From NCBI GenBank assembly GCA_965206595.1, contig OZ242214.1, positions 5,024,001 through 5,088,000 on the forward strand: DNA of 64,000 nt, in the 5' to 3' direction. The notes beneath the pieces were generated by a model that was given only the letters and a program-made list of their open reading frames with translations, did not search any database and had not been told where the DNA came from. Of this stretch, positions 11,200 to 21,900 are shown in pieces. This DNA is from Candidatus Latescibacterota bacterium. GTDB lineage: Bacteria > Latescibacterota > UBA2968 > UBA8231. Every line of letters starts with the position of its first letter. Position 1 is the first letter of the stretch. A program made the position numbers and the translations under genes.

Positions 11200-11715
11200 C
11201 TATGAATCGCTCTCCGGTCGTGACTCCTGAACCACGACCCGGTTGCCGTGCACCTGCATCACTTCCACCCGGGATCCTGGATTGATGAAATCCCCCTCGG
11301 TCACGACGTCCACGACGCGGTCGCCGAACTGCGCCCGGCCGCTGGGCCGCAACGGGGTAAGGGCGACCCCTTTCTGCGCCAGCAACTCGGTGAACCCGAT
11401 CGGCGTCGACTCGTAGCCGGAGGCCTTGTCGGTTTCGGTTTCGAGCACCAGCCGCTGCCAAGCGCGGTTGCGGATCAGAAATACGACCAGGGAGACCGTG
11501 CCGGCCAGTCCCAGAAGCCCGACCACAACCGCCGCTTCCACCCCCAGTTTTCTGTAGGCCAGGAGGACGCCGACGCAGACCGTGCCGAACCCCATGATGC
11601 CGAAGATGTTGAACCCCGGGATGACGAAGATCTCGAGCAGGATGAGCACGAAGCCGAGAATCAAAAGCCCGATCGAGTAGAGCCACGGCATGAGCTCGGG
11701 ACCGAAGGCGCTCAC
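11200..11715 (-). CDS. short NfeD-like protein (TM + C-terminal OB-fold)
   Basis: LEIFVIPGF, G-x-ALTPLRPSG, DVVTEGDFI; start is either GTG 11715 (overlapping the nfeD stop) or ATG 11691. Confidence 0.85.
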   Translation of the reverse strand: MSAFGPELMPWLYSIGLLILGFVLILLEIFVIPGFNIFGIMGFGTVCVGVLLAYRKLGVEAAVVVGLLGLAGTVSLVVFLIRNRAWQRLVLETETDKASGYESTPIGFTELLAQKGVALTPLRPSGRAQFGDRVVDVVTEGDFINPGSRVEVMQVHGNRVVVQESRPESDS

Positions 11716-13184
11716 GACGGCCTCACGATAACCCGGTTGCCGCGCGCCTCCACGACCCTCACGGCGGTGTGCTCCTCGACGAACTCCCCCTCGGCAATGA
11801 TATCGAGCCGCTTGCCGCCGAACATCCCCATTCCGGTGGGCCGCAGGGCGGTCAGGGTAACCCCCTCCTGCCCGACCAGACCCGAATCCCGGTCCGTAGG
11901 CGTACCGACGTACCCCTCCTTTGCGGAGGTTTCGCTGCGGAGGATGAGTCGGTTGAACAGGGCGAACCTCGGCAGCGCCCGCAACAGGATGGCGGCGCCG
12001 ACGATGGCGAGAATCATCGAAAGGGCCAGCTGTCCAATCACCGCGGAGATCTGGTCGAGGCTCCACCATTGGTAGGAGGGAAGGCGGGTCAGCAAGAGGC
12101 TGGCGACCATGCTGAGAATACCCGCGAGGCCCACGATCCCGAACCCGGGAATGAAGGCGATCTCGACGACCAGCAGGACGAGGCCGACCACGAACAGCGC
12201 CAGCTCGTCCCATTCCGCCAGATGCACCACGAGGTGACTGCCGAAGAAAAGCGCCAGGGCGAGCAGCGCCATCGTGCCTCCCAGGCCCCACCCAGGGGTC
12301 CGCACCTCTGCGATCAGCCCAAAGATCGCCACCGAAAGCAGTATGGAGGTGATGATGGGATTGGTCAGAAACCGCACCACCTGCTCGGCCCAGTTGATCT
12401 TCACCTCGACGATTTCGGCATCTTCGAGGTCGTAAATCCGCAGCACGCCGTGAAGGGTTTCCGCGGTCTCGTCGGCGACCCCGTACTGCAACGCCTCCTT
12501 GGTCGTCAGCGTCGCCGGACGGCCGACCACCTCGCTGAAACCCTCGATCTCGATGCGCTCGTCGACCATCGCTTCGGCGATCTCGGGATCCCTGCCGGTG
12601 CGCTCAGCCGTGGCCCGCATCTCGGCGCGCATCACGGAGACGTACTTGTCCCCCGCCTTTTCACCGCCACCCGAGACTGGCGTGACCGCTCCGATTTCGC
12701 CCCCCTTGACCATGACAATCTTGTCGCAGGACAACGCGATCAGCGCCCCCGCGGAAATCGCCCTTTTGTTGATGAACGCGATGGTCAGCGGATCAGCGTC
12801 GATGATGGCGTCCCGGATCACAGTAGCCGCGTCGACGCGGCCCCCGAAGGTATCGATGTCGAAAACGATGGCGTCGACACCGGCTTCGTCCGAGTCCCTG
12901 ATCGCCCGTTCGACGAATGCGGTGATTCCGGGATCGATCATCTCCTGCTCGGTACTGACCGTGTGCATCTCGAGCAAGTGAACGATCGGACGCTTCTTCC
13001 CGTTTTCCCCTTCCGTCTCGTTCGCAGCCGCGGCCTCGGGTACAGGCGCTTGCGCCGGCGCCTCGCTGTCGCTGGCGTCCGCCGCGGCTCCAAAGTCCGG
13101 AAATAGGCAGAGCATCGCGGCCAGGAAGCCCGTCGAAAACCCGGTGCGGCTTTGTCTTCTTCGATGTAACTGCTTGTGTTTCAT
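11712..13184 (-). CDS. nfeD: NfeD/YqeZ membrane-bound ClpP-class serine protease
   Basis: IDTFGGRVD, AISAGALIAL, TM block, TALRPTG OB-fold. Confidence 0.92.
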   Translation of the reverse strand: MKHKQLHRRRQSRTGFSTGFLAAMLCLFPDFGAAADASDSEAPAQAPVPEAAAANETEGENGKKRPIVHLLEMHTVSTEQEMIDPGITAFVERAIRDSDEAGVDAIVFDIDTFGGRVDAATVIRDAIIDADPLTIAFINKRAISAGALIALSCDKIVMVKGGEIGAVTPVSGGGEKAGDKYVSVMRAEMRATAERTGRDPEIAEAMVDERIEIEGFSEVVGRPATLTTKEALQYGVADETAETLHGVLRIYDLEDAEIVEVKINWAEQVVRFLTNPIITSILLSVAIFGLIAEVRTPGWGLGGTMALLALALFFGSHLVVHLAEWDELALFVVGLVLLVVEIAFIPGFGIVGLAGILSMVASLLLTRLPSYQWWSLDQISAVIGQLALSMILAIVGAAILLRALPRFALFNRLILRSETSAKEGYVGTPTDRDSGLVGQEGVTLTALRPTGMGMFGGKRLDIIAEGEFVEEHTAVRVVEARGNRVIVRPS

Positions 13185-13391
13185 GGCTGTTGTATGGTCA
13201 AACCATAGAGTGTACTCCGCCGCGATGATCGATGTCAACACCGACGGAACCCGTTTTGACCGGCCCTTTGAAGCCCGCTACATTCAGCGCCCACGGGCAC
13301 TTCCGGCGATTCGGACCTGCCTGCCGGACACGGCCAACCTCGCGATCCGACAGCCAGTCGCTCAACTCCTTATCATTCCGGTTCTTCAAGT

Positions 13392-14384
13392 ATGGATACA
13401 ATCCGCTGGGGAATTATCGGCTGCGGCGACGTCACCGAGCTGAAGTCGGGACCGCCGCTGTACAAATGCGACGGCTCGGAGCTGGTCGCCGTGATGCGCC
13501 GCAACGGAGACCTTGCTGCCGACTACGCCCGGCGCCACGGCGTTCCCCGCTGGTACGACGATGCCGACGCCCTGATAGCCAACGGCGAGGTCGACGCGGT
13601 CTACATCGCCACCCCGCCGGACTCCCACTGCGAATACACCTTGCGGGTGGCGGCAGCGGGAAAGCCCGTCTATGTCGAAAAGCCGATGGCCCTGACCCAT
13701 TCCCAGTGCCGGCAGATGAACGAGGCCTGCGCCGCAGCCGGAGTCCCGCTGTTCGTCGCCTACTACCGCCGCCGTCTCCCTGCCTTCGTCAAGGTCGCCG
13801 AGCTGTTGCAGGCAGGGGCGGTGGGAGAGGTTCGTTTCGCCACCATTCAGCAGTACGGTCCGCCCAGCGCGGACGATCTCGACCCGAACCGGCAGCCCTG
13901 GCGCATCGTGCCGGAGATCGCCGGGGACGGCTACTTCTTCGACCTCGGCTGCCACCAGCTCGACCTGCTCGATTTCCTGCTGGGACCGGTCGCTATTGCC
14001 AGTGGAATCACCGGCAATCAGGCAGGGCTCTACCCTTCCAGCGACATCGTCAGCGCCTCTTTCCGGTTCGAATCCGGCGCCCTGGGCGGAGGCTTGTGGT
14101 GCTTCACCACCCATTCCGGAGCCGCCCGCGACCGCACCGAGATCGTCGGCAGCGAGGGCGGCATCTCGTACTCCGCTTTCGCCCTCGACGAACCGGTCGT
14201 GCTAACCACCGCTTCCGGACGCGAGGAGTTTTACCTGCCGCCGCCCGAACACGTGCAGCAGCCGCTGATTCAGTCGATTGTCGACGCCCTTCGCGGCGAG
14301 GGAGTCTGCCCGAGCACCGGCGAGACCGGGGCGCGCACCAACCGCGTCCTCGACCAGATCGTCGCCGCCCCACCGCCCGGGTAA
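13392..14384 (+). CDS. Gfo/Idh/MocA family oxidoreductase
   Basis: WGIIGCG, YIATPP, VEKPMA, DLGCHQLD. Confidence 0.92.
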   Translation: MDTIRWGIIGCGDVTELKSGPPLYKCDGSELVAVMRRNGDLAADYARRHGVPRWYDDADALIANGEVDAVYIATPPDSHCEYTLRVAAAGKPVYVEKPMALTHSQCRQMNEACAAAGVPLFVAYYRRRLPAFVKVAELLQAGAVGEVRFATIQQYGPPSADDLDPNRQPWRIVPEIAGDGYFFDLGCHQLDLLDFLLGPVAIASGITGNQAGLYPSSDIVSASFRFESGALGGGLWCFTTHSGAARDRTEIVGSEGGISYSAFALDEPVVLTTASGREEFYLPPPEHVQQPLIQSIVDALRGEGVCPSTGETGARTNRVLDQIVAAPPPG

Positions 14385-14579
14385 TTGCCCGCCAAAGGGC
14401 GTTGAAAGGCCAGCCGGAATCAACCGCCTTCGATGCATCGCCGGCGTTGTCGAAGTGGGAAACCGACTGTGCCCCGCGCTGTGCCTGCCCCGTCCAGGCC
14501 GACAAGAAACCCGTCACCTGCTCGTTGTCCCGGAGTCTCAGGAACCGGTGGAGGCGCCGCTTCGCTCGCCGTGGGCGAG

Positions 14580-15191
14580 CAGTGGGCGAGCAGCCAGCGG
14601 ATGTTGGGATAGCGTCTGGTAGCGTACTCCTCGAGATCGTCGAGGTTGCGCCGGTCGGCGCACCCGTGAAATCTGGACAGGTGCATCGTCACCACCAGCC
14701 GCGCTCGTCGGCGAGCTCCATCTGCTCGTGGGCAGAAACTCGTGGATGCGGCACTGGGCGATGTCCCCGGAGACTGAATAGGTGCGATACGGTTTGAGGC
14801 CGATGAACTGGGGGTTCCCCAGATCGCGCTCGACCTTCTCGAGATCGCACCCCTGTGTCACCAGACGGTGGTGCCGGACACCGCTACCCCTTCGATGCCT
14901 CACCACACCGATTCGGTATGTCTGGCGACGTCGATTCCCGGGGAGGGAGTGCCGAGAATAAGACATTGCATCCGGCGGCCGGGGTACAGCACTTCCGCAC
15001 ACCGGTTCAGCGTCTCCAGATCGTGGTCCCCACCCCTCAAGTTCGGGGGACCCTTCCAGTCCGGTGGACACTCGGGGTAGTCGCCGAGCCGGTAGCAATG
15101 GATGTGGGCATCGAGCATGCGGGAAGGGACGGACTCCCCCAGCTCCTCTTCCCAAATCTGTCTCCGTCAGCGCGATCTCATCTTCCTCCAC
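14580..15191 (-). pseudogene. amidohydrolase_2 family protein, fragmented and 3'-truncated
   Basis: Pieces in several frames: MLDAHIHCY…; FIGLKPYR…CRIHEFLP; VTMHLSR…RYPNIRWLLAHC; boundaries approximate. Confidence 0.7.
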
Positions 15192-15269
15192 CGAATCTTC
15201 CGACCACTTCGGTTTGCGGCGGGTGCGATGGCTCCCCGGCAAAGTCGACTCCCCTGAGTCGCCCATTCC

Positions 15270-15720
15270 GGTCGAAATCCTTCCACTGGAACAAAACGCC
15301 CAGCATCGATTTTTCCCGGCGAAAGGCCATCTCGTAGGCCTGCACCATTTCCGTGGTAGTGCAGCCGATGGGTGATCAGGCGCTTGGGTTCCAGACCTCC
15401 GTCCGCCATCAGCGAGAGGTGTGGCCATGTTGCGTTCGTCGGGGAAGAGCACTTTCGGCGCCGGGTAGGAGTATCCGGCGTGCCCGTTCACCGCGATCAG
15501 CGAGATCCCCTTGGTATTAGAACAATTTCATGGACAGAGGATTGAAGTCGAGTGGCTTCCCGCCGCGCTCGAGCAGACTGACGATCGAGACCCGGCCGCC
15601 GGAACGCACCACCTGCAGGGCGGTGCGTTAGGCCGGCCACGGATTGGCCCGTGAGAGACCAGATCGATGCCCCCGCCGGGCTGAGTAGACGGAGAGGGCG
15701 GTTCATCTGACGACCGCTCT
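15270..15720 (-). pseudogene. C-terminal remnant of a zinc-binding alcohol dehydrogenase
   Basis: Reconstructed across frameshifts and a stop: GIDLV..TANPWPA*RTALQVVRSGGRVSIVSL…LDFNPLSMKLFYTKGISLIAV…LITHRLHY…AYEMAFRREKSMLGVLFQW; N-terminal domain absent; boundaries approximate. Confidence 0.65.
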
Positions 15721-15736
15721 GGTCCTGCCCGGTCCA

Positions 15737-17488
15737 CTATTCCACCCCCATGCCCTCGACGACGGTGAGGAACTGATTGACCTCCACACCGTTGAGTCGC
15801 TGCATCTCACCACCCGGCCATCTTATCTCGACGACATCGGCCACGGTTCGGTTGCCCAGCCCGAAGCTCACCCGCATGTCACTTTGCGACAGGTAGCTGT
15901 AGCTTCCCTTGACCGCCTTGACCTGTTGCAGGTCTCCCGCCCTTACGAGGATGCGAGCCCCTATGCTGTGGCGCCGGCTCACAGCTGTGAGGACGCTGAT
16001 CGACAACCAGTTGCCGGCATTGCCCCCATCGTTGCGCAACAGGGCAACCCGCTGCCCCGAGTTGCCCACGAGGATGTCGACATCCCCATCGTTGTCGTAG
16101 TCGCCGAAAGCACACCCTCTTCCGACCCTTTTCAGTCGAAGACCGGCGCCAGCCCGATCCGATACATCCTCGTACCGGTACCGCCCGCTTTCGTCGGGAC
16201 CGCGGTTGCGCAACAGCAGATCCTGTTGCGCGTAGGAAGTGTAGGGATCGACCACGTCCGCGAGATCCTGAACGTGGCCGTTGGCGGCGAACAGGTCCTG
16301 GTGCCCGTCGTTGTCGAAGTCGAAAAATCCGACACCGAATCCAAGGGGTCTCAGACTCGCCAACCCTGCACCTGACGTGTAGGAAACGTTGGAAAACCGG
16401 AGCTGCTGTCTGTATTGGTACAGGCTGTAGGGCTCGTTCTGGAAGTTGGTGACGGCGATATCCATGTCCCCGTCGTTGTCGTAGTCTCCCGCATCCACCC
16501 CCATACCAGCCTCCTTCTGACCGTCGAGGCCGTAGGCCACACCCGCCAGCGCACCGATCTCCCGGAACGAGCCGGTTCCCGTGTTGTGGTAGAGAAAGTT
16601 CCTGGTCGCGTCGTTGGCCACATAGAGATCGATCGAGCCATCCCCGTCGAAGTCCGAGGCCACTACTCCAAGTCCCCGGCCTTCCGTTTCGGCCGTGTCC
16701 ACCATTCCGCTCTGAGCCGTCACGTCGACGAACAGGCCGTCTCCCTTGTTGTTGTAGAGAATATCAGCTGCCCCACTGAAATTGCTCGGGTGAGGATAGG
16801 ACTTGAGATTCCGCACCGAAATGGACCCGGCCACGTAGGGCGCCAACTCCCGGGCTGCGAACGACAAATCGTACTTCACGTAGTTGGCGACGTACAGATC
16901 CAGGTCTCCGTCGTTGTCGTAATCGAGGAAAGCCGCACTGGTGCTCCAGCTGGTGTCCCCGACGGAGGCCCGCGGCGTCGCGTCGGCAAACCGACCGTCC
17001 CCCTGGTTTCGGTAGATCGCGTTGGCGCCGTAGTTGGTCACCAAGAGGTCCAAGTGCCCGTCGTTGTCGAAGTCGGCGGCCGCACAGCCCATCCCGTAGC
17101 CGTGGTCATTCGCTCCCGCTGCTTTGCTGATCTTCTCGAATTTCCCATCCCCCCCGTTGCGGTAGAGCCGGTTGCCCGTTTCCGAGGTGGCTCGAAATCC
17201 GGGCAGGGGCGCGCCGTTGACCAGGTAGACATCGAGGTGGTCATCCCCGTCGTAATCCAGGAAGGCGACCCCTCCTCCCATGGTCTCGGGGAAATACTTC
17301 CGCCCGTTGGCCCCGTTCACGTGCTCAAAATCGATGCCGGCCTCTGCGGATACCTCGATGAACTGGACCCCGGCAGGTTCGCTCCCGGACGGTGCCACCA
17401 CCGCTACTGGATCGATCGCCACAAACAGCGGCAGGAAAACACCCCGACGGAAAAGCCGTTTCGCCCCCGTTCGGTCGTTCAATGACAC
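15737..17488 (-). CDS. CRTAC1 / ASPIC-UnbV family FG-GAP repeat protein
   Basis: Repeated D-[YF]-D-x-DG-x-x-D motifs, ETMGGGVAFLD, C-terminal GSYSYLSQS…FGLG…RWP. Confidence 0.92.
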   Translation of the reverse strand: MSLNDRTGAKRLFRRGVFLPLFVAIDPVAVVAPSGSEPAGVQFIEVSAEAGIDFEHVNGANGRKYFPETMGGGVAFLDYDGDDHLDVYLVNGAPLPGFRATSETGNRLYRNGGDGKFEKISKAAGANDHGYGMGCAAADFDNDGHLDLLVTNYGANAIYRNQGDGRFADATPRASVGDTSWSTSAAFLDYDNDGDLDLYVANYVKYDLSFAARELAPYVAGSISVRNLKSYPHPSNFSGAADILYNNKGDGLFVDVTAQSGMVDTAETEGRGLGVVASDFDGDGSIDLYVANDATRNFLYHNTGTGSFREIGALAGVAYGLDGQKEAGMGVDAGDYDNDGDMDIAVTNFQNEPYSLYQYRQQLRFSNVSYTSGAGLASLRPLGFGVGFFDFDNDGHQDLFAANGHVQDLADVVDPYTSYAQQDLLLRNRGPDESGRYRYEDVSDRAGAGLRLKRVGRGCAFGDYDNDGDVDILVGNSGQRVALLRNDGGNAGNWLSISVLTAVSRRHSIGARILVRAGDLQQVKAVKGSYSYLSQSDMRVSFGLGNRTVADVVEIRWPGGEMQRLNGVEVNQFLTVVEGMGVE

Positions 17489-17577
17489 CTTCTGAGCACG
17501 GAGGCATCCTCCGCGAGGTTCGTCAGCACCCGGAATCGCTGCAGTGCTTTTTCCGCTGCTTCCCCGCGCGGGCGGAA

Positions 17578-18792
17578 TCAGCCGGCCAGGGCGCGAAAGT
17601 CCGCGCCCGCAGGCTGCTGGAACACCCGCAGGCCGAACTCAGGTACCACGGCGAGCAGGTGGTCGAAGATGTCGGCCTGGATCGTCTCGTAGGTCGCCCA
17701 CACGGTGTCGTTCGTGAAAACGTATATCTCGATCGGCAGGCCGTCGTCACCCGGTTGCAGCTGGCGCACGAGAAACGTGAGGTCCTGGCGGATCTTTGGG
17801 TGGCGGCGCAGGTAGGCGATCACGTACGCTCTGAAAGTCCCGACGTTGGTCAGTCTCCTGCCGTTGATAAGTTGGCCCGTGTCGACCGCGGACGAGGCGT
17901 TGTAGTCGGCGACTTCCCGCCTCCTCTCGCGCACGTATTCCCGAATCAGCTCGAACTTCTCGAACCGCTCCAGCATCTCGTCGCTGCAAATCCGGATCGT
18001 CTGCATGTCGATGAACAGCGAGCGCTTGATGCGCCGGCCGCCGCTCTCCTTCATGCCGCGCCAGTTCTTGAAGGAGGCGTCGATCAGCTTGGGAGTCGGG
18101 ATGGTGGTGATCGTCTTGTCCCAGTTCTGGACCTGGACCGTGTGCAGGGAGATGTCGATGACGTCTCCGTCCGCTCCGAACGCCGGCGCCTCGATCCAGT
18201 CCCCTTCGTCGACGAGGTTCTGCGAGTGGATCTGAATGCTGGCGACCAGGGACAGGATGGTGTCTCGGAAAATCAGCAGCACGACCGCGGTCATGGCGCC
18301 GATGCCGCTCAGCAGGCCCAGCGGCGAGCGCCCCAGCATCAGCGCCACAGCCACCAGGGATCCCGACACATACATGGCGATTCTTGCGATCTGGACGTAG
18401 CTCTTGATCGGCACCTTTTCCGCTACGGGGAGGCGCGCGTAGAACTCGTCGAATGCGCTCAGCATCGAACCGCCGATGAGCAGTCCCAACACGGCGACGA
18501 CCGCCACCAGCAGCTGCCTGATCAGCTCGGGAGGCCCAGGCAGAACCCCTGCGCCGTAAAACAGGACGCCTACCGGCAACAGCACGGCCGAACGACGGAG
18601 GACACCGGTATCGAGCAGGACGTCGTCGAGGTCGGTGCGGCTGCCCCGGATCAGTCGCTCCAGGACGCGCAGAAAGGCGTTGCGGCCGAGGAAGTAGCTG
18701 AGCCAGGCCAGCCCCAGCAGAAGTACGGTCTGTCCCGATTCTATGGCCACCCGGTGGGCGAGTTGTTTCGCCAATTCCACAATTCCGTCCAT
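17578..18792 (-). CDS. small-conductance mechanosensitive channel (MscS family, YbdG-like)
   Basis: GAMTAVVLLIFRDTIL, GDWIE…ADGDVIDI, QNWDKT, NWRGM.ESGGRRIKR. Confidence 0.93.
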   Translation of the reverse strand: MDGIVELAKQLAHRVAIESGQTVLLLGLAWLSYFLGRNAFLRVLERLIRGSRTDLDDVLLDTGVLRRSAVLLPVGVLFYGAGVLPGPPELIRQLLVAVVAVLGLLIGGSMLSAFDEFYARLPVAEKVPIKSYVQIARIAMYVSGSLVAVALMLGRSPLGLLSGIGAMTAVVLLIFRDTILSLVASIQIHSQNLVDEGDWIEAPAFGADGDVIDISLHTVQVQNWDKTITTIPTPKLIDASFKNWRGMKESGGRRIKRSLFIDMQTIRICSDEMLERFEKFELIREYVRERRREVADYNASSAVDTGQLINGRRLTNVGTFRAYVIAYLRRHPKIRQDLTFLVRQLQPGDDGLPIEIYVFTNDTVWATYETIQADIFDHLLAVVPEFGLRVFQQPAGADFRALAG

Positions 18793-18925
18793 GGTTCAAA
18801 TGTATTAGCACCGGAAGGGTTGCGCCCGGTTCCGGGAGGGGCGAGCCGGCTCTCTTCTTCCCACCTCTCGTACTGCAGGCGTTATGTTTGAAACATGCCC
18901 GTACTGCTTTCTGCGCATCTGAACC

Positions 18926-21900
18926 ATGCCGACGCCTGACCACGCCGACCCGGTTGCCGACCTCGAGGCAGCCCTCGATGACTGCCTGCTCGGCGACCGC
19001 GTGCGTATCGGCCGCCGCCTGAAGGACCTGCGCAGCTCTCTGTCCGGGAGCTCTCGCGGAAGCCTGTCCCGCGAGCTCGTCCGGCTGCGCGAGCGCATTG
19101 AGGCCTCGCGGCGGCTGCGCGCCGAGCGCCTCCGCCTCATCCCCGCCGTATCCTACCCGGAAGAGCTGCCTATCACCACACGCAAGGAGGAGATTCTCCG
19201 GGCGATCGCGGAACACCAGGTCGTCGTCGTCGCCGGGGAGACCGGGTCGGGGAAAACCACCCAGCTGCCCAAAATCTGTCTCGAAGCGGGGCGCGGTCGC
19301 GAGGGGCGCATCGTCTGCACCCAGCCGCGGCGGGTGGCGGCGCTGTCGCTGTCGCGGCGCCTGGCCGAGGAGCTCGGCGTCACCTGGGGCCGCGAGGTGG
19401 GCTGCAAAATTCGCTTCCGGGACCGGACCGCGTCCGAGACCCTGATCAAGTTGGTCACCGACGGCATGCTGCTGAGCGAGATCCGCGGCGATCCCGATCT
19501 TCTCGAGTACGACACCTTGATTCTCGACGAGGCCCACGAACGCAGCCTCAACATCGATTTCCTGCTGGGGTACCTGCGCCTGCTTCTGAAAAGGAGGCCC
19601 GGCCTAAAGCTCGTCATCACTTCGGCAACCATCGACGTCGAGAAGTTCTCCCGAGCCTTCGGCGGCGCCCCGGTCGTCGAGGTCTCGGGGCGGATGTATC
19701 CGGTCGAGGTCCGGTACCGGCCGCTGGAAGAGATTCTCGGGGAAGCCGAGGAGATCTCCTACACCGATGCCGCGGTGGCCGAGGTGCAACAACTGCTGGA
19801 CGAGTCCGCCTCCGGGGACGTCCTCGTCTTCATGCCGGGGGAGCGGGACATACGCGAAACCAGCGACCTCCTGCACCACCGCCTGGAAAGACGGAACGTC
19901 CAAATCCTGCCGATGTTCAGCCGCCTTACCGCTGCCGAGCAGCACCGGGTATTCACCCGCCCGGACCGCCGCCGCGTCATCGTCGCCACCAACATCGCGG
20001 AAACATCGCTGACGATTCCCGGCATCCGCTACGTCATCGACCCGGGACTGGCGCGGATCAACCGTTACAACCCCAGGACTCATACTCAGCGGCTGCCTGT
20101 CGAGGCGATTTCCCGCAGCAGCGCCGAGCAGCGCAAGGGCCGCTGCGGCCGCGTCGCCGAAGGGGTCTGCGTGCGCCTCTACAGCGAGGAGGAGTTCCTG
20201 GCGAGGCCCGAGTACACCGCCCCGGAGATTCAGCGGTCGGACCTGGCCGACATCATCCTGCGCATGCTCGATCTTCAGCTGGGCAAGGTCGAGGAGTTCC
20301 CTTTCGTCGACCCGCCGGCGCCGGGGGCGATCAACAGCGGCTACCTGCAGCTGCAGGAGCTGGGCGCTCTCGATTCCGGGCGGCGGCTGACCCGTCTCGG
20401 CCGCGACATGGCGCGCCTGCCGATCGCCCCGACGGTGTCCCGCATGATCCTGCAGGCCCAAACCGAAGGTGCGCTGCCGGAGCTGCTCGTCATCGCCGCA
20501 GCCATCGGTATCCAGGAGCCGCGCGAACGGCCGCTTGAGCGTCGCGACGAAGCGGACCGCATGCACCGGCAGTTCGTCGACATGCACTCCGACTTCCTGA
20601 CCCTGCTCAACATCTGGAACCGCTATCACGAGCGCTTCGAGCAACTCGAGACCCAGAGCCAGATGCGCAAGTTCTGCCGCAGTCACTTCCTCTCCTTCAC
20701 ACGCATGCGCGAGTGGCGGGACATCCACGCCCAGCTGACCGAGGTTCTGTCCGAACTCGGGGGGTTCGGCCTGCAGCCCGGCAGGCGCCGTGCCGGGTAC
20801 GACGCCATCCATCGGTCGATTGTGACCGGCCTGATGAGCAGCATCGCCCGGAAGAAGGAGCACAACCTCTACCGGGCGGCGCGCAGCAGGGAGGTAATGC
20901 TCTTTCCCGGGTCGGGCCTGTTCGTGAGGCGGGAGGCCGCCTCCGGAAAGGACGAAAAGGAAGCGCAGGCCGAAGGCCCCTCGCCCGAATGGATCGTGGC
21001 GGCAGAGATTGTGGAAACCTCCCGCCTGTTCGCCCGCACGGCCGCGCGCATCCGCGCAAGTTGGCTGCCCGACCTCGGCGGCCACCTGTGCCGCAGTTCA
21101 TACGGAGATCCGCTCTGGAGCCGCAGCGCTGGACGCGTCCTCGTGCAGGAGACGGTGCACATCCACGGGCTGCAGGTCGCCAGGCGCCGTGTACCCGGCC
21201 AGCAGGTGAAGCCGCGCGAGTCCGCCGAGGTCTTCATCCGCGATGCACTGGTCGCCGGAGATGTCGACACCCCTCGCGAGTTTCTGGCGCGCAACCGCCA
21301 GCTGGCCGACCGCATAGAGACTTGGCAGACGCGTACGCGTCGCACCGCCATCGACGTCGACGAGGCGGTTCGCCGGTTTTACGCCTCGCGTCTCGAGGAG
21401 GATATCTCCTCCGTGCACGATCTCAATCGCATCGTCAACGCGCACCCTGACGACGACCGCTTTCTGCGCATGGAAGAGGCGGACCTGCTCGGTGCGGGCG
21501 AGCCATCCTTCGACCGTGACGCCTTTCCCGACCGGATCGAGCTTTCCGGCGAGGCAGTCGAGCTGGCTTACGCGTACAAACCGGGACAGGAAGAGGACGG
21601 CATCACGGTACGCCTGCCCTACCGATTGATGGACGCCATCAATCCGGAGCTGCTGGACTGGCTGGTCCCCGGCATTCGCGAAGAGCGAATCACCTGCCTG
21701 CTGCGCTCTCTGCCAAAGCAGATGCGCAAACAGTTGCTGCCGATTCCGCAGACTGCCAGGAGGATCGCCGCGGATCTCAGGCCGACCCATCCCTCCTTCC
21801 TCGAGTCGCTCGAGGAGCATCTGGCGGAGCGCTACCGGTTGCAGGTGCGGCGTGCCGACTGGAAACCGGAGGCGATTCCCGAGCATCTGCGCCTGCGCGT

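Noticed and set aside
17392-18891. 499-aa ORF listed on the minus strand in the ORF track
   Set aside because: Its translation actually matches the + strand, and it is an antisense shadow of the MscS gene.
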